Origin: a virus
Lineage: Duplodnaviria > Caudoviricetes
Virus record (IMG/VR): IMGVR_UViG_3300042295_001683
Coordinates: 9,404-73,403 of that record
Strand: one strand, 5' to 3'
Length of the DNA: 64,000 bases
Shown: positions 1 to 9,356 of the stretch, in pieces
How positions within the stretch are numbered: position 1 is the stretch's first letter
How the letters are laid out: every line of letters begins with the position of its first letter
The notes under the pieces: generated by a model
Seen by the model: only the letters and a program-made list of their open reading frames with translations
What the model was told of the DNA's origin: nothing
The model's database searches: none
Translations under genes and position numbers: made by a program

Positions 1-162
1 AATGACATAATCTTGAGGTTTTACGGATAGATTCCCTATGAGTCTAAGTACCTCGTCTTTGTGCTTTTGCGCTCTTTCAGCAAATTTAATCCTATGCTTC
101 CCACCGTTGGTAGCAGGATCGGGCGGGTTAGTACCATCGTCTTCATAATCCAAAAATTGCAT
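1..162 (-). CDS. hypothetical protein, runs off the window edge (MQFLDYEDDGTNPPDPAT...)
   Basis: ATG at 162 adjoins the stop of the upstream ORF; frame read open to position 1. Confidence 0.55.
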   Translation of the reverse strand, partial: MQFLDYEDDGTNPPDPATNGGKHRIKFAERAQKHKDEVLRLIGNLSVKPQDYVI

Positions 163-374
163 CACGCCGCCACCTCATCAGACTTAGCGATCGCCGCTTT
201 GTAGAACTTTTCGAGATTGCGTTGCATCGCGCCATGATGATCGGCTTTGCGATGACCTTCGAGAAAATCAATCAAATCAGCGCCAGAAATTTTAACGCTT
301 GGTTTTGAATTTTTGCTCTTATCAAAAATACGAACCCATCCACTGCGATCGCCGCCAATAAAACTGTAATTCAT
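162..374 (-). CDS. hypothetical protein
   Basis: ORF coupled to neighbours in a minus-strand operon. Confidence 0.6.
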   Translation of the reverse strand: MNYSFIGGDRSGWVRIFDKSKNSKPSVKISGADLIDFLEGHRKADHHGAMQRNLEKFYKAAIAKSDEVAA

Positions 375-859
375 CCCACACGCTCCTTAGCTTTTGCCAT
401 TTCACCATTACCTAATGCTTTACGCAAATCTTCCATTGATTGCAGTTTTTCTGCTGGCGGTTCAGTAGCTGCAAAGCTAAGCAAATTATCGCGCCATCCC
501 ATACCATCAAGTGATATAGAAATATCTGTAAAGCGCAGCACTGAGTTAGCCTGAATCAATATGGTTTTGTCAATCCAATCACGAATAAGAGCGTCGGCAA
601 CGCTATTAGAGAAAATAGGAAGATCGTAAGGAAACAATCCTTTATATTCGAGCCAATCTAGATTGAACTGAGCTTCACCATAACCATACTCAAGGGTAAG
701 GGTTAAATGCTTTACCGTGTCTAACACGTAGCCGACAAAACGCTCAAAATCTTGCCTATACTCGTCACTGTGGATAGTTCTTAGTGCTAGTTCGCTGGTT
801 GAACGATTAGCTTGGAATATAGTGATTTGTTGCTTAGTGGCTTGATCTAATACACTCAC
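371..859 (-). CDS. hypothetical protein
   Basis: 162-aa ORF with 4-nt overlaps on both sides. Confidence 0.7.
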   Translation of the reverse strand: MSVLDQATKQQITIFQANRSTSELALRTIHSDEYRQDFERFVGYVLDTVKHLTLTLEYGYGEAQFNLDWLEYKGLFPYDLPIFSNSVADALIRDWIDKTILIQANSVLRFTDISISLDGMGWRDNLLSFAATEPPAEKLQSMEDLRKALGNGEMAKAKERVG

Positions 860-1044
860 GCCGACACCTCAGACTTAGCGATCGTCAAACCTTTAATATT
901 TGCTCTAGCAATCAAATCATCGATCGCTGTTTCGATAGTGTCGTTAATCGTTTCTCCCAAAACCTCAGACGCAATTCGGGCGTTACGGTGTTTGTCAGGA
1001 GGGATATAAGCCTTAACTTGGCTGTGTGTAGCTGCTTTGCCCAT
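856..1044 (-). CDS. small ribbon-helix-helix-like DNA-binding protein
   Basis: VKAYIPPDKHRNARIASEVLGETINDTIETAIDDLI has a beta-alpha-alpha CopG/HicB-like pattern; first gene of operon. Confidence 0.55.
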   Translation of the reverse strand: MGKAATHSQVKAYIPPDKHRNARIASEVLGETINDTIETAIDDLIARANIKGLTIAKSEVSA

Positions 1045-1193
1045 CGCTTTTTTTTGTTTACCTAAACTTGATTACCTAATAAGTATAGTACGATTGTACA
1101 CAAATAAACCATTAATTTACAAATCCCAACCCGCAAAGCATAGATATTTCTCTATGCAACGAGAGAGATAAATTCTTGATGTGTCATTATTTT

Positions 1194-1436
1194 TTAGAAT
1201 GGGATTTCGTCTGTGCTTCCTTCAAGTTCTTGATCGATGTGAGATTTAGCCTCTGCAAGCGCTATTTGCAGATCAGCGCTGTAGCTAACAAATTGTGTTC
1301 TGCTCAGGCAGTCAAGTACTCTGATAGCTTGCCCTTCATCAGTTTTATAGTTTTCAAGTCGGTGGCTTCTATAAAACTCAGTGGATAGTGCGACACCTCT
1401 AAGAATTGGATTACTCATGATTTCACTCCGCACCAT
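1194..1436 (-). CDS. hypothetical protein
   Basis: ORF ending in acidic DEIPF tail. Confidence 0.55.
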   Translation of the reverse strand: MVRSEIMSNPILRGVALSTEFYRSHRLENYKTDEGQAIRVLDCLSRTQFVSYSADLQIALAEAKSHIDQELEGSTDEIPF

Positions 1437-1756
1437 TTCATAGCTATTGCGCCAAGTCTGTTAATAAGCGCATTCCTCAATTCACCAGAGACAGTTGCTA
1501 AATTAGGATGTACATATCCAAAATTCCGATAGCACCATAAGTTTTTACTATTCCAGCAAAGATCAATAGAGAATCCATAGCCTCTACATTCACTAATTGA
1601 CATCTGGAAACCATACTCGTTTTCGCCATGAAACGAATAGTCACTAGGATCTAGCGACTCTAAATACTCAATCAAATCACTCATAATTTGATTTTGCTCA
1701 TCTTGTGTAAGGAGTTTACACTTTTGCTCGTCCAGCAATAAAGATTCATGCTTCAT
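1415..1756 (-). CDS. hypothetical protein
   Basis: 113-aa ORF with AGG-type RBS. Confidence 0.6.
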   Translation of the reverse strand: MKHESLLLDEQKCKLLTQDEQNQIMSDLIEYLESLDPSDYSFHGENEYGFQMSISECRGYGFSIDLCWNSKNLWCYRNFGYVHPNLATVSGELRNALINRLGAIAMKWCGVKS

Positions 1757-1796
1757 GATTTCACCTGTAATTTTTTAATCTCGCGCTCAATTTTCC

Positions 1797-2111
1797 TCAA
1801 CTCTTGCCCTGCTCTAATTTCCGTTCAACCTTTGCAACGACTTGCCTGATGTTCTCAGGATCGCGCCCTAGCTTTTCGGCTGTTGCGATGACCTTGCGAT
1901 CGCACTCGATCCAAGTTGTGTATATCTCCCATTGCAAGGGAGTAATCCCAAAATACTTAAGCACAATTGCTTGTATTGACTGCGATGCGTTGTCACCAAG
2001 GGCGGCGATCGCATCTCCTAAGATTGGGCTAAAACAGTAGGAATATGTTTTAGCCTTTATTTCGGGCGGTTTCTTAGGTCTACCGCCGCCGTGGTTGCCT
2101 CCTCTAGGCAT
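1797..2111 (-). CDS. small DNA-binding protein (N-terminal GRP/AT-hook-like motif, C-terminal HTH-like)
   Basis: MPRGGNHGGGRPKK; C-terminal TAEKLGRDPENIRQVV. Confidence 0.6.
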   Translation of the reverse strand: MPRGGNHGGGRPKKPPEIKAKTYSYCFSPILGDAIAALGDNASQSIQAIVLKYFGITPLQWEIYTTWIECDRKVIATAEKLGRDPENIRQVVAKVERKLEQGKS

Positions 2112-2403
2112 TTATTAGCTCCATAGCTCTTTTTGTCGCTCCACAATGCCCAAACTCATTAATTGACTCTTGAAGAATCAATTTAAAAGCATCAATAGAC
2201 ATCTCGAAAGTATGAGATTCTTCAATATCAATGACCTCATCTAGCCCACACGCTTCGATGCTGTCTGAATCAAGAAAGAACCCATCATGCGTATGCTCGT
2301 AACTTACAGAGCATACGCCGTTAGCATACTGGTAAGCCTCAAAGGTATAAGTCCCCTTTGCGTTATATTCTTGCGCTGTAACCGTTAAAACTGTGACTTG
2401 CAT
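2104..2403 (-). CDS. small acidic hypothetical protein (cassette cargo)
   Basis: follows consensus promoter and AAGG RBS. Confidence 0.65.
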   Translation of the reverse strand: MQVTVLTVTAQEYNAKGTYTFEAYQYANGVCSVSYEHTHDGFFLDSDSIEACGLDEVIDIEESHTFEMSIDAFKLILQESINEFGHCGATKRAMELINA

Positions 2404-2417
2404 TGCCTTGATTTCCT

Positions 2418-2470
2418 TTGCTTTGTTTAACTCAATAACCTATTATTGATCGACCTATAGGTTTTGTCAA
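2418..2470 (-). promoter_or_regulatory. sigma70-type promoter, family shared with 34998 and 56332
   Basis: TTGACAAAACCTATAGGTCGATCAATAATAGGTTATTGAGTTAAAC on the minus strand. Confidence 0.7.
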
Positions 2471-2499
2471 CAGCAAAACCAAACTATTTTTATAGACAC

Positions 2500-2527
2500 A
2501 AAAAAAGCCGTCGCGAGTGCGTCGGCT
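2500..2527 (-). terminator. intrinsic terminator closing the type IV operon
   Basis: AGCCGACGC-act-CGCGACGGC(T) hairpin followed by a T run on the minus strand. Confidence 0.65.
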
Positions 2528-2585
2528 GGGGATGCGAAGTGGTCACTCTATTTTAAGCGATCGCTCCGCCGAGTGATTTTGTTAT

Positions 2586-3173
2586 TTATTCAAAAAATCC
2601 GCATCCTAGATGTTTGCGACCTCCCAACCCTTTCTCTTGTAATATTAAAGACTCGTTAGGGCGCAAATCTGAAAACATTACAGGGTATACAGCACACGGT
2701 TGCTTTTTAATAATTAGCTGCTCCTTGCGCCCTATTGTTGGCAGTGTATTAATATCAAACTTTGTTAGTTGCTTGCCTAGCGACACCGCAAACCTAGTAA
2801 GATCGGGTTCACGATTGTTGTCGGTTTTAATTGATACCCAAGCCGCTAGATTCTCTTGAGATTTTAGCTCTGTGCCATTAACCAGCTTGAGTTTAATCAA
2901 CTCTTTGCCTAAATGGATTTGACAATCAAAAAGCATCGTTAGCTCTGTAATTAAATCTTTGGAGCAACGTAGCTTTATAGTGCTTTGAGTTAAACGTAAT
3001 GTGCGATCGTCAAAAATATTTGTGTTACTGATTCTACTGATCGCCCACTCAGGGTTATCTTTGAGCTTAGGAGATAAGCTGGTCAGCGCTGAATATAAGC
3101 AATAGTGATAATTCCGTGGGATTAACACCCCTTCAATACTGAATAAAAATTCTATAAAATTGCAGTTAGGCAT
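2586..3173 (-). CDS. cas6: Cas6 endoribonuclease (Cmx6/I-MYXAN-like)
   Basis: N-terminal F.I.G..IP.NYHY.LYSAL and C-terminal glycine loop LQEKGLGGRKHLGCGFF. Confidence 0.85.
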   Translation of the reverse strand: MPNCNFIEFLFSIEGVLIPRNYHYCLYSALTSLSPKLKDNPEWAISRISNTNIFDDRTLRLTQSTIKLRCSKDLITELTMLFDCQIHLGKELIKLKLVNGTELKSQENLAAWVSIKTDNNREPDLTRFAVSLGKQLTKFDINTLPTIGRKEQLIIKKQPCAVYPVMFSDLRPNESLILQEKGLGGRKHLGCGFFE

Positions 3174-3525
3174 TGATAATCACCAATCTTTTTTCACTAT
3201 CTACAGGTTGATGCTTGTTTGCAATAGATAAAAGAAAAAGCCCGTCATTTCCAGCCCTTACCCTATGAGGTTGCGAACCGTCTATAAAGTAGCAAGTTCC
3301 TTTGATGATTGGTTGTGTTTCATCGCCGCAATCAATCCATCCAGACCCCTCTACTCCAAACAAAATATGATCACCCTCATGGGTATGAAGAGAAGTTTTT
3401 TCGTTAGGTGCGAAATTCAACATGTCAGCAGCAAAGCCGTCTTTTTTTACCAGTGGCAATCCGATAGCTTGACTGCCATACATCTGATACCAGTAATCAG
3501 CATCTAAATAATTTTTAATTTGCAT
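3166..3525 (-). CDS. cupin-domain protein
   Basis: HTHEGDHILFGVEGSG ... GTCYFIDGSQPHRV metal-binding cupin motifs. Confidence 0.85.
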   Translation of the reverse strand: MQIKNYLDADYWYQMYGSQAIGLPLVKKDGFAADMLNFAPNEKTSLHTHEGDHILFGVEGSGWIDCGDETQPIIKGTCYFIDGSQPHRVRAGNDGLFLLSIANKHQPVDSEKRLVIINA

Positions 3526-4183
3526 ACAATAATCCTTTTAGGTATTCAAAATATTCTGGCGAAATCTTGCGAAACTCTTCTAATCTTGTAGCTTGATATT
3601 GATTGTTAGTATTTTTGCTGACATGATCTGTAGTTCGTTTTGCGCCTAAATCATAGGCTTTTAGGTATGGTAATTCATGGGAAAGCGTATAAGCCCAAAT
3701 ATCGTTTTCACTCCAATTAAAAACAGGGCAAGCTCTGTAATCTCCTTTTTTGTATTGATAGATAGCGCCATTTTTTAGCAAGGTTGCTTTACGTTTTGCG
3801 CTTTCTTCTATCCGCAATCCAACAAAAGCGACAGGATAATCAATCCATAATTTTTGTGACTTAACTTTGTTAGGGACATGATCGCCTTGCATCAAAATAG
3901 TTTGAATGTTTAGCCCAAATTTGTCCTGATATTTTGATTCTGTTTCAGCATAATTACTAATCATTTCTCTTTCATAATGTCCAAAAGAAATAGCCAAAAT
4001 ATTAGGACAAATCGACTGCACCAAATGAAGCATTACGACTGAATCCTTACCCCATGACACCGCAACATAAGAAGGAGCGATCGCTAAAGCCTCTCGAATA
4101 ATCTCTTTAGCTTTCTCAACTTTGCGCTTAAATGTTGGCAGTGTCGCATGAGCTAAGAATGCATCGCGTTCTATTCTCTCCAT
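3515..4183 (-). CDS. cysH: CysH/PAPS-reductase-like PP-loop protein (type IV-B accessory)
   Basis: AVSWGKDSVVM PP-loop, VGLRIEES, CPVFNWSENDIWAY. Confidence 0.85.
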   Translation of the reverse strand: MERIERDAFLAHATLPTFKRKVEKAKEIIREALAIAPSYVAVSWGKDSVVMLHLVQSICPNILAISFGHYEREMISNYAETESKYQDKFGLNIQTILMQGDHVPNKVKSQKLWIDYPVAFVGLRIEESAKRKATLLKNGAIYQYKKGDYRACPVFNWSENDIWAYTLSHELPYLKAYDLGAKRTTDHVSKNTNNQYQATRLEEFRKISPEYFEYLKGLLYAN

Positions 4184-4857
4184 ACATTATCCGTTGGCAT
4201 ATAGCATATAGTTCTATTGGATTGCAGAAAATACGGTGTTCGCCACCCCCAGTTCATCATATTGATAGATTGAGGTTGTGGAATCATATTAATTGGCATT
4301 GGTCGGGCTAAACTTTCACCTCTCCACAAATGCCAATCATGTTCAAAAGGAAGTACTTCCCATTTGTGTACCTGCCCGCAACCTTGCGATCGCTTCTTAC
4401 CAAGATGCGTAACATTTAGAATTAGTTCGCTAATCTTGTCAGCATTGCCAATCGCAAACCAGTGTATAGTCTGCATTTCGCGATCATATCGTGGTAAATC
4501 ATAGGCTTTAAAATGCCCTTGCGAACTATCAACCTTAGCTTTCTTTTTACCCCAATCAAGGTGTAGTTCTTGCTTGTCCCATCGCTTACGGTAACGCTGA
4601 GTTTGTTGATGATTTTCGATGTAATGTGGTGAACTCACGGCCCAATACCACTCGCCTTTAAGCGTCTTCCGAGCGATCGGCATTTCATCAAAAATCAAGG
4701 GCAGATTCTTTTCAGCATCCGCAGCCGTTGGATTAGGCGTGATTAACCCTAATTGGTCTAACAATTGATACTCAATCAGGGCATCAAAGCTAGGGGACCA
4801 GTCATCATAGGCAACTAGCGGCGTTGCCATGTGTGCAATTATTTGGAGGTTATCCAT
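4171..4857 (-). CDS. csf3: type IV CRISPR Cas5-like RAMP
   Basis: LQIIAHMATP start, SSQGHFKAY, HLGKKRSQGCGQVHKWEV G-loop, LARPMP, GWRTPY. Confidence 0.85.
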   Translation of the reverse strand: MDNLQIIAHMATPLVAYDDWSPSFDALIEYQLLDQLGLITPNPTAADAEKNLPLIFDEMPIARKTLKGEWYWAVSSPHYIENHQQTQRYRKRWDKQELHLDWGKKKAKVDSSQGHFKAYDLPRYDREMQTIHWFAIGNADKISELILNVTHLGKKRSQGCGQVHKWEVLPFEHDWHLWRGESLARPMPINMIPQPQSINMMNWGWRTPYFLQSNRTICYMPTDNVWRE

Positions 4858-6058
4858 TCAATAAACTCCTAATATCGCTTTTAGAATCAGCAAGAAATCC
4901 TTTGTAATCTTCGAGATATTCTTTATACCTTGCATGAGATTCAGAGGCGCGATCGCTTAATTTCTGAGCATGAGGTGTAATCGTCATAAACTCACCGCGA
5001 TCGCCCTCCGCAGTCTCAAACCAGAATTGCATAGAACATAGTCCGCAACCCGTTCCTGATTGACCGCCTAAGTATGGCGATTCAGCAAACTTGAGTAAAG
5101 CATCAGCAATAAATCCTTCTTCGATTCTGGTGACGTTTGCGCTCCAATAAGAGTACAAAGTAGCACCTGTTTGAAGTAGCCAATTACCCATGATCATCTG
5201 TTGGCTTTTCTCTCTTTCGGGCTTTGCTTTGTCACCTTTCCCTTTCTTAGTTTCTTCAGAAACTATGCCAAATAGATCGCCTTGAGAAATCATCTTTTGA
5301 GGTTCTGGAGTAGCGCCGATCAAATGTTTTGCAAAGTTAGGATCGTGAAGTGAATCGCGCCTTGTCTTTTGGCTATAGGTAAGCCAATCGGAATAATATC
5401 GAAGCCTTTCTCCCAAGAACGGCATCCATTCAGCAAGCAATGCCTTTAGATCGTAATTATTAACATCCGAAGGAGAACCATGATGTAGCCATTGATTCAC
5501 TCGTTGACTATGCTGTAAGTCTTTGCCATCGATAATCTGCTCTAGTGCTGGTATGACTTCGATTGGCAACGCAGGGGGGAACATCTGATAAAGATACTTA
5601 GCGCTCTCTACACAAGCCAAATAAGCATCACCAACAGCGATCCGACCGTGCACCATTTGAGCATCGGATACACCAAACAATCCTTTAGGTTTGGCGGTTC
5701 CTAGTACTGAGAGGCATGGCAAAAGCTGACGGATTTTTCTATCCAAATCCAAATCATTACCCGTGCCACCATCAATCGCGCCGCCACAAAATAGAGCGTG
5801 ATGCATCGTTGGCGATACTTGCACACCAATCTGAGATAAGAAAGAATCAATACCACACCGCCTTAAAATTCGATTGCGTAGTGAGTTGCCAGAAAGTGTG
5901 AAAACTTCAGAGGGATTGCCTTCTAAATCCGTCACCTTCATTGTTCGCAAGTTTGTTTGATTGCCTACGGACTCACTGATATGGGACAAAGGCTGTAGCA
6001 AAGTAATCTGCAAATGTAGTTTGATATTATGGCGATCGTGTGGGTTGTAATTAAGCAT
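4850..6058 (-). CDS. csf2: type IV CRISPR Cas7-like backbone protein
   Basis: ITLLQPLSH, LSGNSLRNRILRR, LFCGG, IRQLLPCLSVLG, YLGGQSGTGCG. Confidence 0.88.
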   Translation of the reverse strand: MLNYNPHDRHNIKLHLQITLLQPLSHISESVGNQTNLRTMKVTDLEGNPSEVFTLSGNSLRNRILRRCGIDSFLSQIGVQVSPTMHHALFCGGAIDGGTGNDLDLDRKIRQLLPCLSVLGTAKPKGLFGVSDAQMVHGRIAVGDAYLACVESAKYLYQMFPPALPIEVIPALEQIIDGKDLQHSQRVNQWLHHGSPSDVNNYDLKALLAEWMPFLGERLRYYSDWLTYSQKTRRDSLHDPNFAKHLIGATPEPQKMISQGDLFGIVSEETKKGKGDKAKPEREKSQQMIMGNWLLQTGATLYSYWSANVTRIEEGFIADALLKFAESPYLGGQSGTGCGLCSMQFWFETAEGDRGEFMTITPHAQKLSDRASESHARYKEYLEDYKGFLADSKSDIRSLLNG

Positions 6059-6575
6059 TGATAGTAGCCTCTACATCTAGAGTATTTTCTGTTTCTTCTG
6101 GAATATTCAAAGCGCGATCGCTTTCAAAGCGAACACGACAATAAGTAGTAATAATGTGCGGTCTTGATTTGCACAAACCGAGGATATGGCGATCGCTTAT
6201 CCCGTGAGGTTTAAGAGAGTTGAGAATATCTTGCCATCCGAGCCATTGCAAATGTTGATCGCTATCAATTTGCTGAATGTCTCCCATACTGCCATCATCA
6301 TTCACAGTAGCCCGTAAAACCACTTGTTTTGGCGCGATTATGCGAGTCCATTCTTTTGGGTTGAGGTGTGCAACAATAAGCTTCTTGGCTAAATTCTCAA
6401 TGTAGTCGTCGATATTGCGAGAGGGAATAGCAGCATTTTGGATACTGCTTTGAAAATATTCCCATGTTTTTAAGCCCATGGCAGGGCTTTTGCCCTTGTC
6501 TCTACAGCGAAAAACCCAGTAACTAAGCGCACTGGCTAAAGCTGTAACCCTGTCTTCCGTTTCTATTCCATACAT
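6051..6575 (-). CDS. cas11: probable Cas11-like small subunit
   Basis: helical 174-aa ORF coupled directly upstream of csf2, the usual IV-B position; WEYFQSSIQNAA...DDYIENLAKKL. Confidence 0.55.
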   Translation of the reverse strand: MYGIETEDRVTALASALSYWVFRCRDKGKSPAMGLKTWEYFQSSIQNAAIPSRNIDDYIENLAKKLIVAHLNPKEWTRIIAPKQVVLRATVNDDGSMGDIQQIDSDQHLQWLGWQDILNSLKPHGISDRHILGLCKSRPHIITTYCRVRFESDRALNIPEETENTLDVEATINA

Positions 6576-6603
6576 AAATATTTCTCGTACATCTACGGTG
6601 TTT

Positions 6604-6945
6604 TTATTCTAGATCACAAACAGCATTCCAAGCCGCCAACTTAGCTTTACCGACAGACACACCACGCGCCCTAGCATGGTCAAAAGCTTTATTACGCAGT
6701 CTACTTAACTCACGCGCCCGCATCTCCTTTGGTGTCGCCTTACGCAGTTTAGGAATAGCGCGATAATTACCCTCAACGCATTCAATATGCAAGCGCCTGT
6801 TACCGTATGCGATCGCGCCTTGGTTAAGAAGTAAGCGCAATGCGCTCGTATTGATTTGCGTGCATATTTCGATATAGCGCAGAGAGTAAGAGCCGCGATG
6901 GGTGGTAAAAAAGCCGATGAGCTTAGCTCGTTCAATTTCTTGCAT
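6604..6945 (-). CDS. basic hypothetical protein
   Basis: ORF in operon. Confidence 0.55.
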   Translation of the reverse strand: MQEIERAKLIGFFTTHRGSYSLRYIEICTQINTSALRLLLNQGAIAYGNRRLHIECVEGNYRAIPKLRKATPKEMRARELSRLRNKAFDHARARGVSVGKAKLAAWNAVCDLE

Positions 6946-7331
6946 TAATCATGCTCTCCATCATCATCAATAATCGCAACCTGTGGCGGTGCGATTGGTG
7001 TGGGGTTTATGGCTAGTAGGAGCTTACAGAGTGCGAGTGCTGGTGATAGCGCATCATACTCAATAGGGCTGGTCAAAGTTGTTGCTCGACAAGCTGACCC
7101 TGTTCCATGCATAGCAGGAAGATAAATAAGGCGGTAGCATATCTTAAATGACTCAAACACCTTAACAATCGCATCCAAGCTCTCGACATAATTAGGGATA
7201 AACTTACGTAGCTCTGGATGTGTTGCGTTAGTGCCGATGTACGTTTTCTTGGTTGCGCTGGTATTCCAGTTTTCGATCTCAGTCCATCCTGCGATCGCTG
7301 CAACTGCGCGGTTAATTTCTTCGTTAGTCAT
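6945..7331 (-). CDS. phage ABA-sandwich-like protein
   Basis: EINRAVAAIAGW...PNYVESLDAIVKV...SPALALCKLLL pattern. Confidence 0.5.
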   Translation of the reverse strand: MTNEEINRAVAAIAGWTEIENWNTSATKKTYIGTNATHPELRKFIPNYVESLDAIVKVFESFKICYRLIYLPAMHGTGSACRATTLTSPIEYDALSPALALCKLLLAINPTPIAPPQVAIIDDDGEHD

Positions 7332-7542
7332 TTTTAATATTGTATTTATTCAAAAGATCAATAAAATCACGAGAAGCATCAGCGCGTTTTTGCTGTATAG
7401 TCGCCAGTTGATCTTCAGTGTAAAAGTTCCTATTCATCAATGCCGTATCGTATTGAATAATTTTTACTTCAAGATTTAGCATTAACGCCATATCTTCTCG
7501 AACGCGATCTAGAGCGTGATTATATCCAGTCGCCTTATACAT
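7324..7542 (-). CDS. hypothetical protein
   Basis: coupled ORF. Confidence 0.55.
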   Translation of the reverse strand: MYKATGYNHALDRVREDMALMLNLEVKIIQYDTALMNRNFYTEDQLATIQQKRADASRDFIDLLNKYNIKND

Positions 7543-8305
7543 TGTTTACCTCCAAATAATCTTCAACAAATTTCACCCGATCACCCAAATCCATGCAGTC
7601 TTTTGGCAACTCCTTATAAGGCAAATCCAAATAATAGAGCATCCCTAAAAGCTGAGTATGCAACTTGAATATTAACGGTTGATTAATCGCCGCTTTGTAC
7701 TCACGCTCGACAAAAGGGATAGCGGGCGGGATTAATACAATCTTGCCAAAATACCGAGCCGTAACATTAAAGCAATCTTGCAAATACTCCATAACCTCAG
7801 ACTGTGTATGCTTATCTAACTCACCATTGACAACATCAGTAAGCAAGTAAGCAGCCATATCCAACGGTGTGCGATCGCATATAAAGCTAGGCTCGTCAAC
7901 TTCAAACCAGATATCTTCAGCTTTAGCCAAAATCTTTTGTTGCAAAAACAACCTAGTGCGGATATCCAATTTGTCGGACGGGTGGAAACCATGCTCCAAA
8001 AACACACTACTCGCATCAATAGGGATATATGGAATCCCTAGCTTTTGCGATAAGGCGTTTGCCAGTGTGGTTTTGCCCGTGCCATGTGCACCGCAAAGTC
8101 CTATTCCTATACAGGACTTTGCGGTGCGATAATCTGGATAAACAACCAATCTATCGTCTGGGATAAGCATTGCATAGCTAACCCTTCCACCAAACATAGC
8201 TTTCGCTTCGTCTTCAGTGTCAAATCCGCCATAAGCAATGCAGTTTAGGCCTCGGTCCTCAAACATCGCGTACCATTTTTTCATTGTCTTCACCACCAAT
8301 ATCAA
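7535..8305 (-). CDS. P-loop nucleotide kinase-like ATPase (AAA_28/NadR-like)
   Basis: IGLCGAHGTGKTTLA Walker A; ICDRTPLD. Confidence 0.8.
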   Translation of the reverse strand: MILVVKTMKKWYAMFEDRGLNCIAYGGFDTEDEAKAMFGGRVSYAMLIPDDRLVVYPDYRTAKSCIGIGLCGAHGTGKTTLANALSQKLGIPYIPIDASSVFLEHGFHPSDKLDIRTRLFLQQKILAKAEDIWFEVDEPSFICDRTPLDMAAYLLTDVVNGELDKHTQSEVMEYLQDCFNVTARYFGKIVLIPPAIPFVEREYKAAINQPLIFKLHTQLLGMLYYLDLPYKELPKDCMDLGDRVKFVEDYLEVNNV

Positions 8306-8501
8306 TTACTTCCTTGTCCAAGCACTGCATTATCAGTGCTAACTCGCCTTTTAGATCTTCTAGTGTTGTGCCAACAGGTGTTACTTCTTCGTGGCCCCAA
8401 CTGGTTAATTTGCCCTTACTATTTGGGTAAAACTCGCGGATAGCAAACAACTCATCGCCATTTTCAAGGGTTTGCTTTGAGATTCGATACGTCCAACTCA
8501 T
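8259..8501 (-). CDS. phage hypothetical protein
   Basis: MSWTYRI...AIREFY...GTTLEDLKGEL pattern common in phages. Confidence 0.65.
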   Translation of the reverse strand: MSWTYRISKQTLENGDELFAIREFYPNSKGKLTSWGHEEVTPVGTTLEDLKGELALIMQCLDKEVIDIGGEDNEKMVRDV

Positions 8502-8583
8502 TATTTAACCTCAGTTAAGTTCTGGCTATCCCAAAGAGCTTTTTGCGCTAGCCATGCTTGGATGTCTTCAATTTTGACGATCA

Positions 8584-8826
8584 TTATCCTTTACGCTCCT
8601 TATTCCTTAATCCAGCTTCTCTAAGCGTGCTTAGAACTACTGCCGCAGTCCAAACGCATGTAAACACTGCAATAAATAGCAATCCCTTACCTAATGGCTG
8701 CCATACGAACCAGAAAAAACCCGCGATCGGTATCAGAAAAACAAAAGTTAAAGCGAAACAACCGCCAAAAGTTGATGCTGTTGCTTGTAGTTCTTCCTTA
8801 CTGTCAGACTCAAATAATCTAGCCAT
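8584..8826 (-). CDS. small membrane protein (2 TM)
   Basis: two hydrophobic segments. Confidence 0.55.
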   Translation of the reverse strand: MARLFESDSKEELQATASTFGGCFALTFVFLIPIAGFFWFVWQPLGKGLLFIAVFTCVWTAAVVLSTLREAGLRNKERKG

Positions 8827-9356
8827 TATCCTTTACTCTCCTGTGTGTCTAAATCACCGTTGTATCTTCCAGTCTCTGAGTAATCATGCCTTGGGTAAGC
8901 CGTCTCAGCAAAAACAATTTGACCGATTCGCATCATTGGATAAATAGGTTGCCAAGCCCAAAGACGATGATTTAGTAATTCTAAAGTCAGCTTTGAATTA
9001 TTAAAACCACCATCAATCCATACTGCCAAAACGTGCCCCCATCCTGATCGCCCTCTACTTGACTTAAGTCTAAACTCTGCTGAGTAATTACTCGGCATAT
9101 TGAAAGTCTCGTAGGTACAAGTCAGAATAAAACTTAGTGGCGATACCAAAAACGGGTTTGATTCTGAGTATTTGGTTAAGTCATGAGTAGTAAACTCTTG
9201 ACCTGTTAGACATCGTTTAAGCCAGTTATTCTCAGTTTTCAGTGTGTAGCCTATCCGCACATCGAGTGATTGTGGGTTAAGCATTGCTTTGTCAAATGGC
9301 ACGATAACGCCTTTTTCTTCGCAAAGCTTTTCGATTTCGTGGTCAACTAGCGTCAT
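8826..9356 (-). CDS. dcd: dCTP deaminase
   Basis: LNPQSLDVRIG, KSSRGRSG, WIDGGF, LTLEL, RIGQIVF. Confidence 0.88.
   Translation of the reverse strand: MTLVDHEIEKLCEEKGVIVPFDKAMLNPQSLDVRIGYTLKTENNWLKRCLTGQEFTTHDLTKYSESNPFLVSPLSFILTCTYETFNMPSNYSAEFRLKSSRGRSGWGHVLAVWIDGGFNNSKLTLELLNHRLWAWQPIYPMMRIGQIVFAETAYPRHDYSETGRYNGDLDTQESKG

Noticed and set aside
162-890. Similar ~30-bp gene ends (IAKSDEVAA / IAKSEVSA)
   Set aside because: Short, imperfect and HIP1-containing; possibly a recombination scar but too weak to call
2404-2585. CRISPR array downstream of cas6
   Set aside because: Contains only a terminator and a promoter; no repeat-spacer pattern
3515-4183. Genuine sulfate-assimilation PAPS reductase as an auxiliary metabolic gene
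   Set aside because: Lacks the C-terminal ECG motif and sits inside the csf operon, as expected for the IV-B accessory protein
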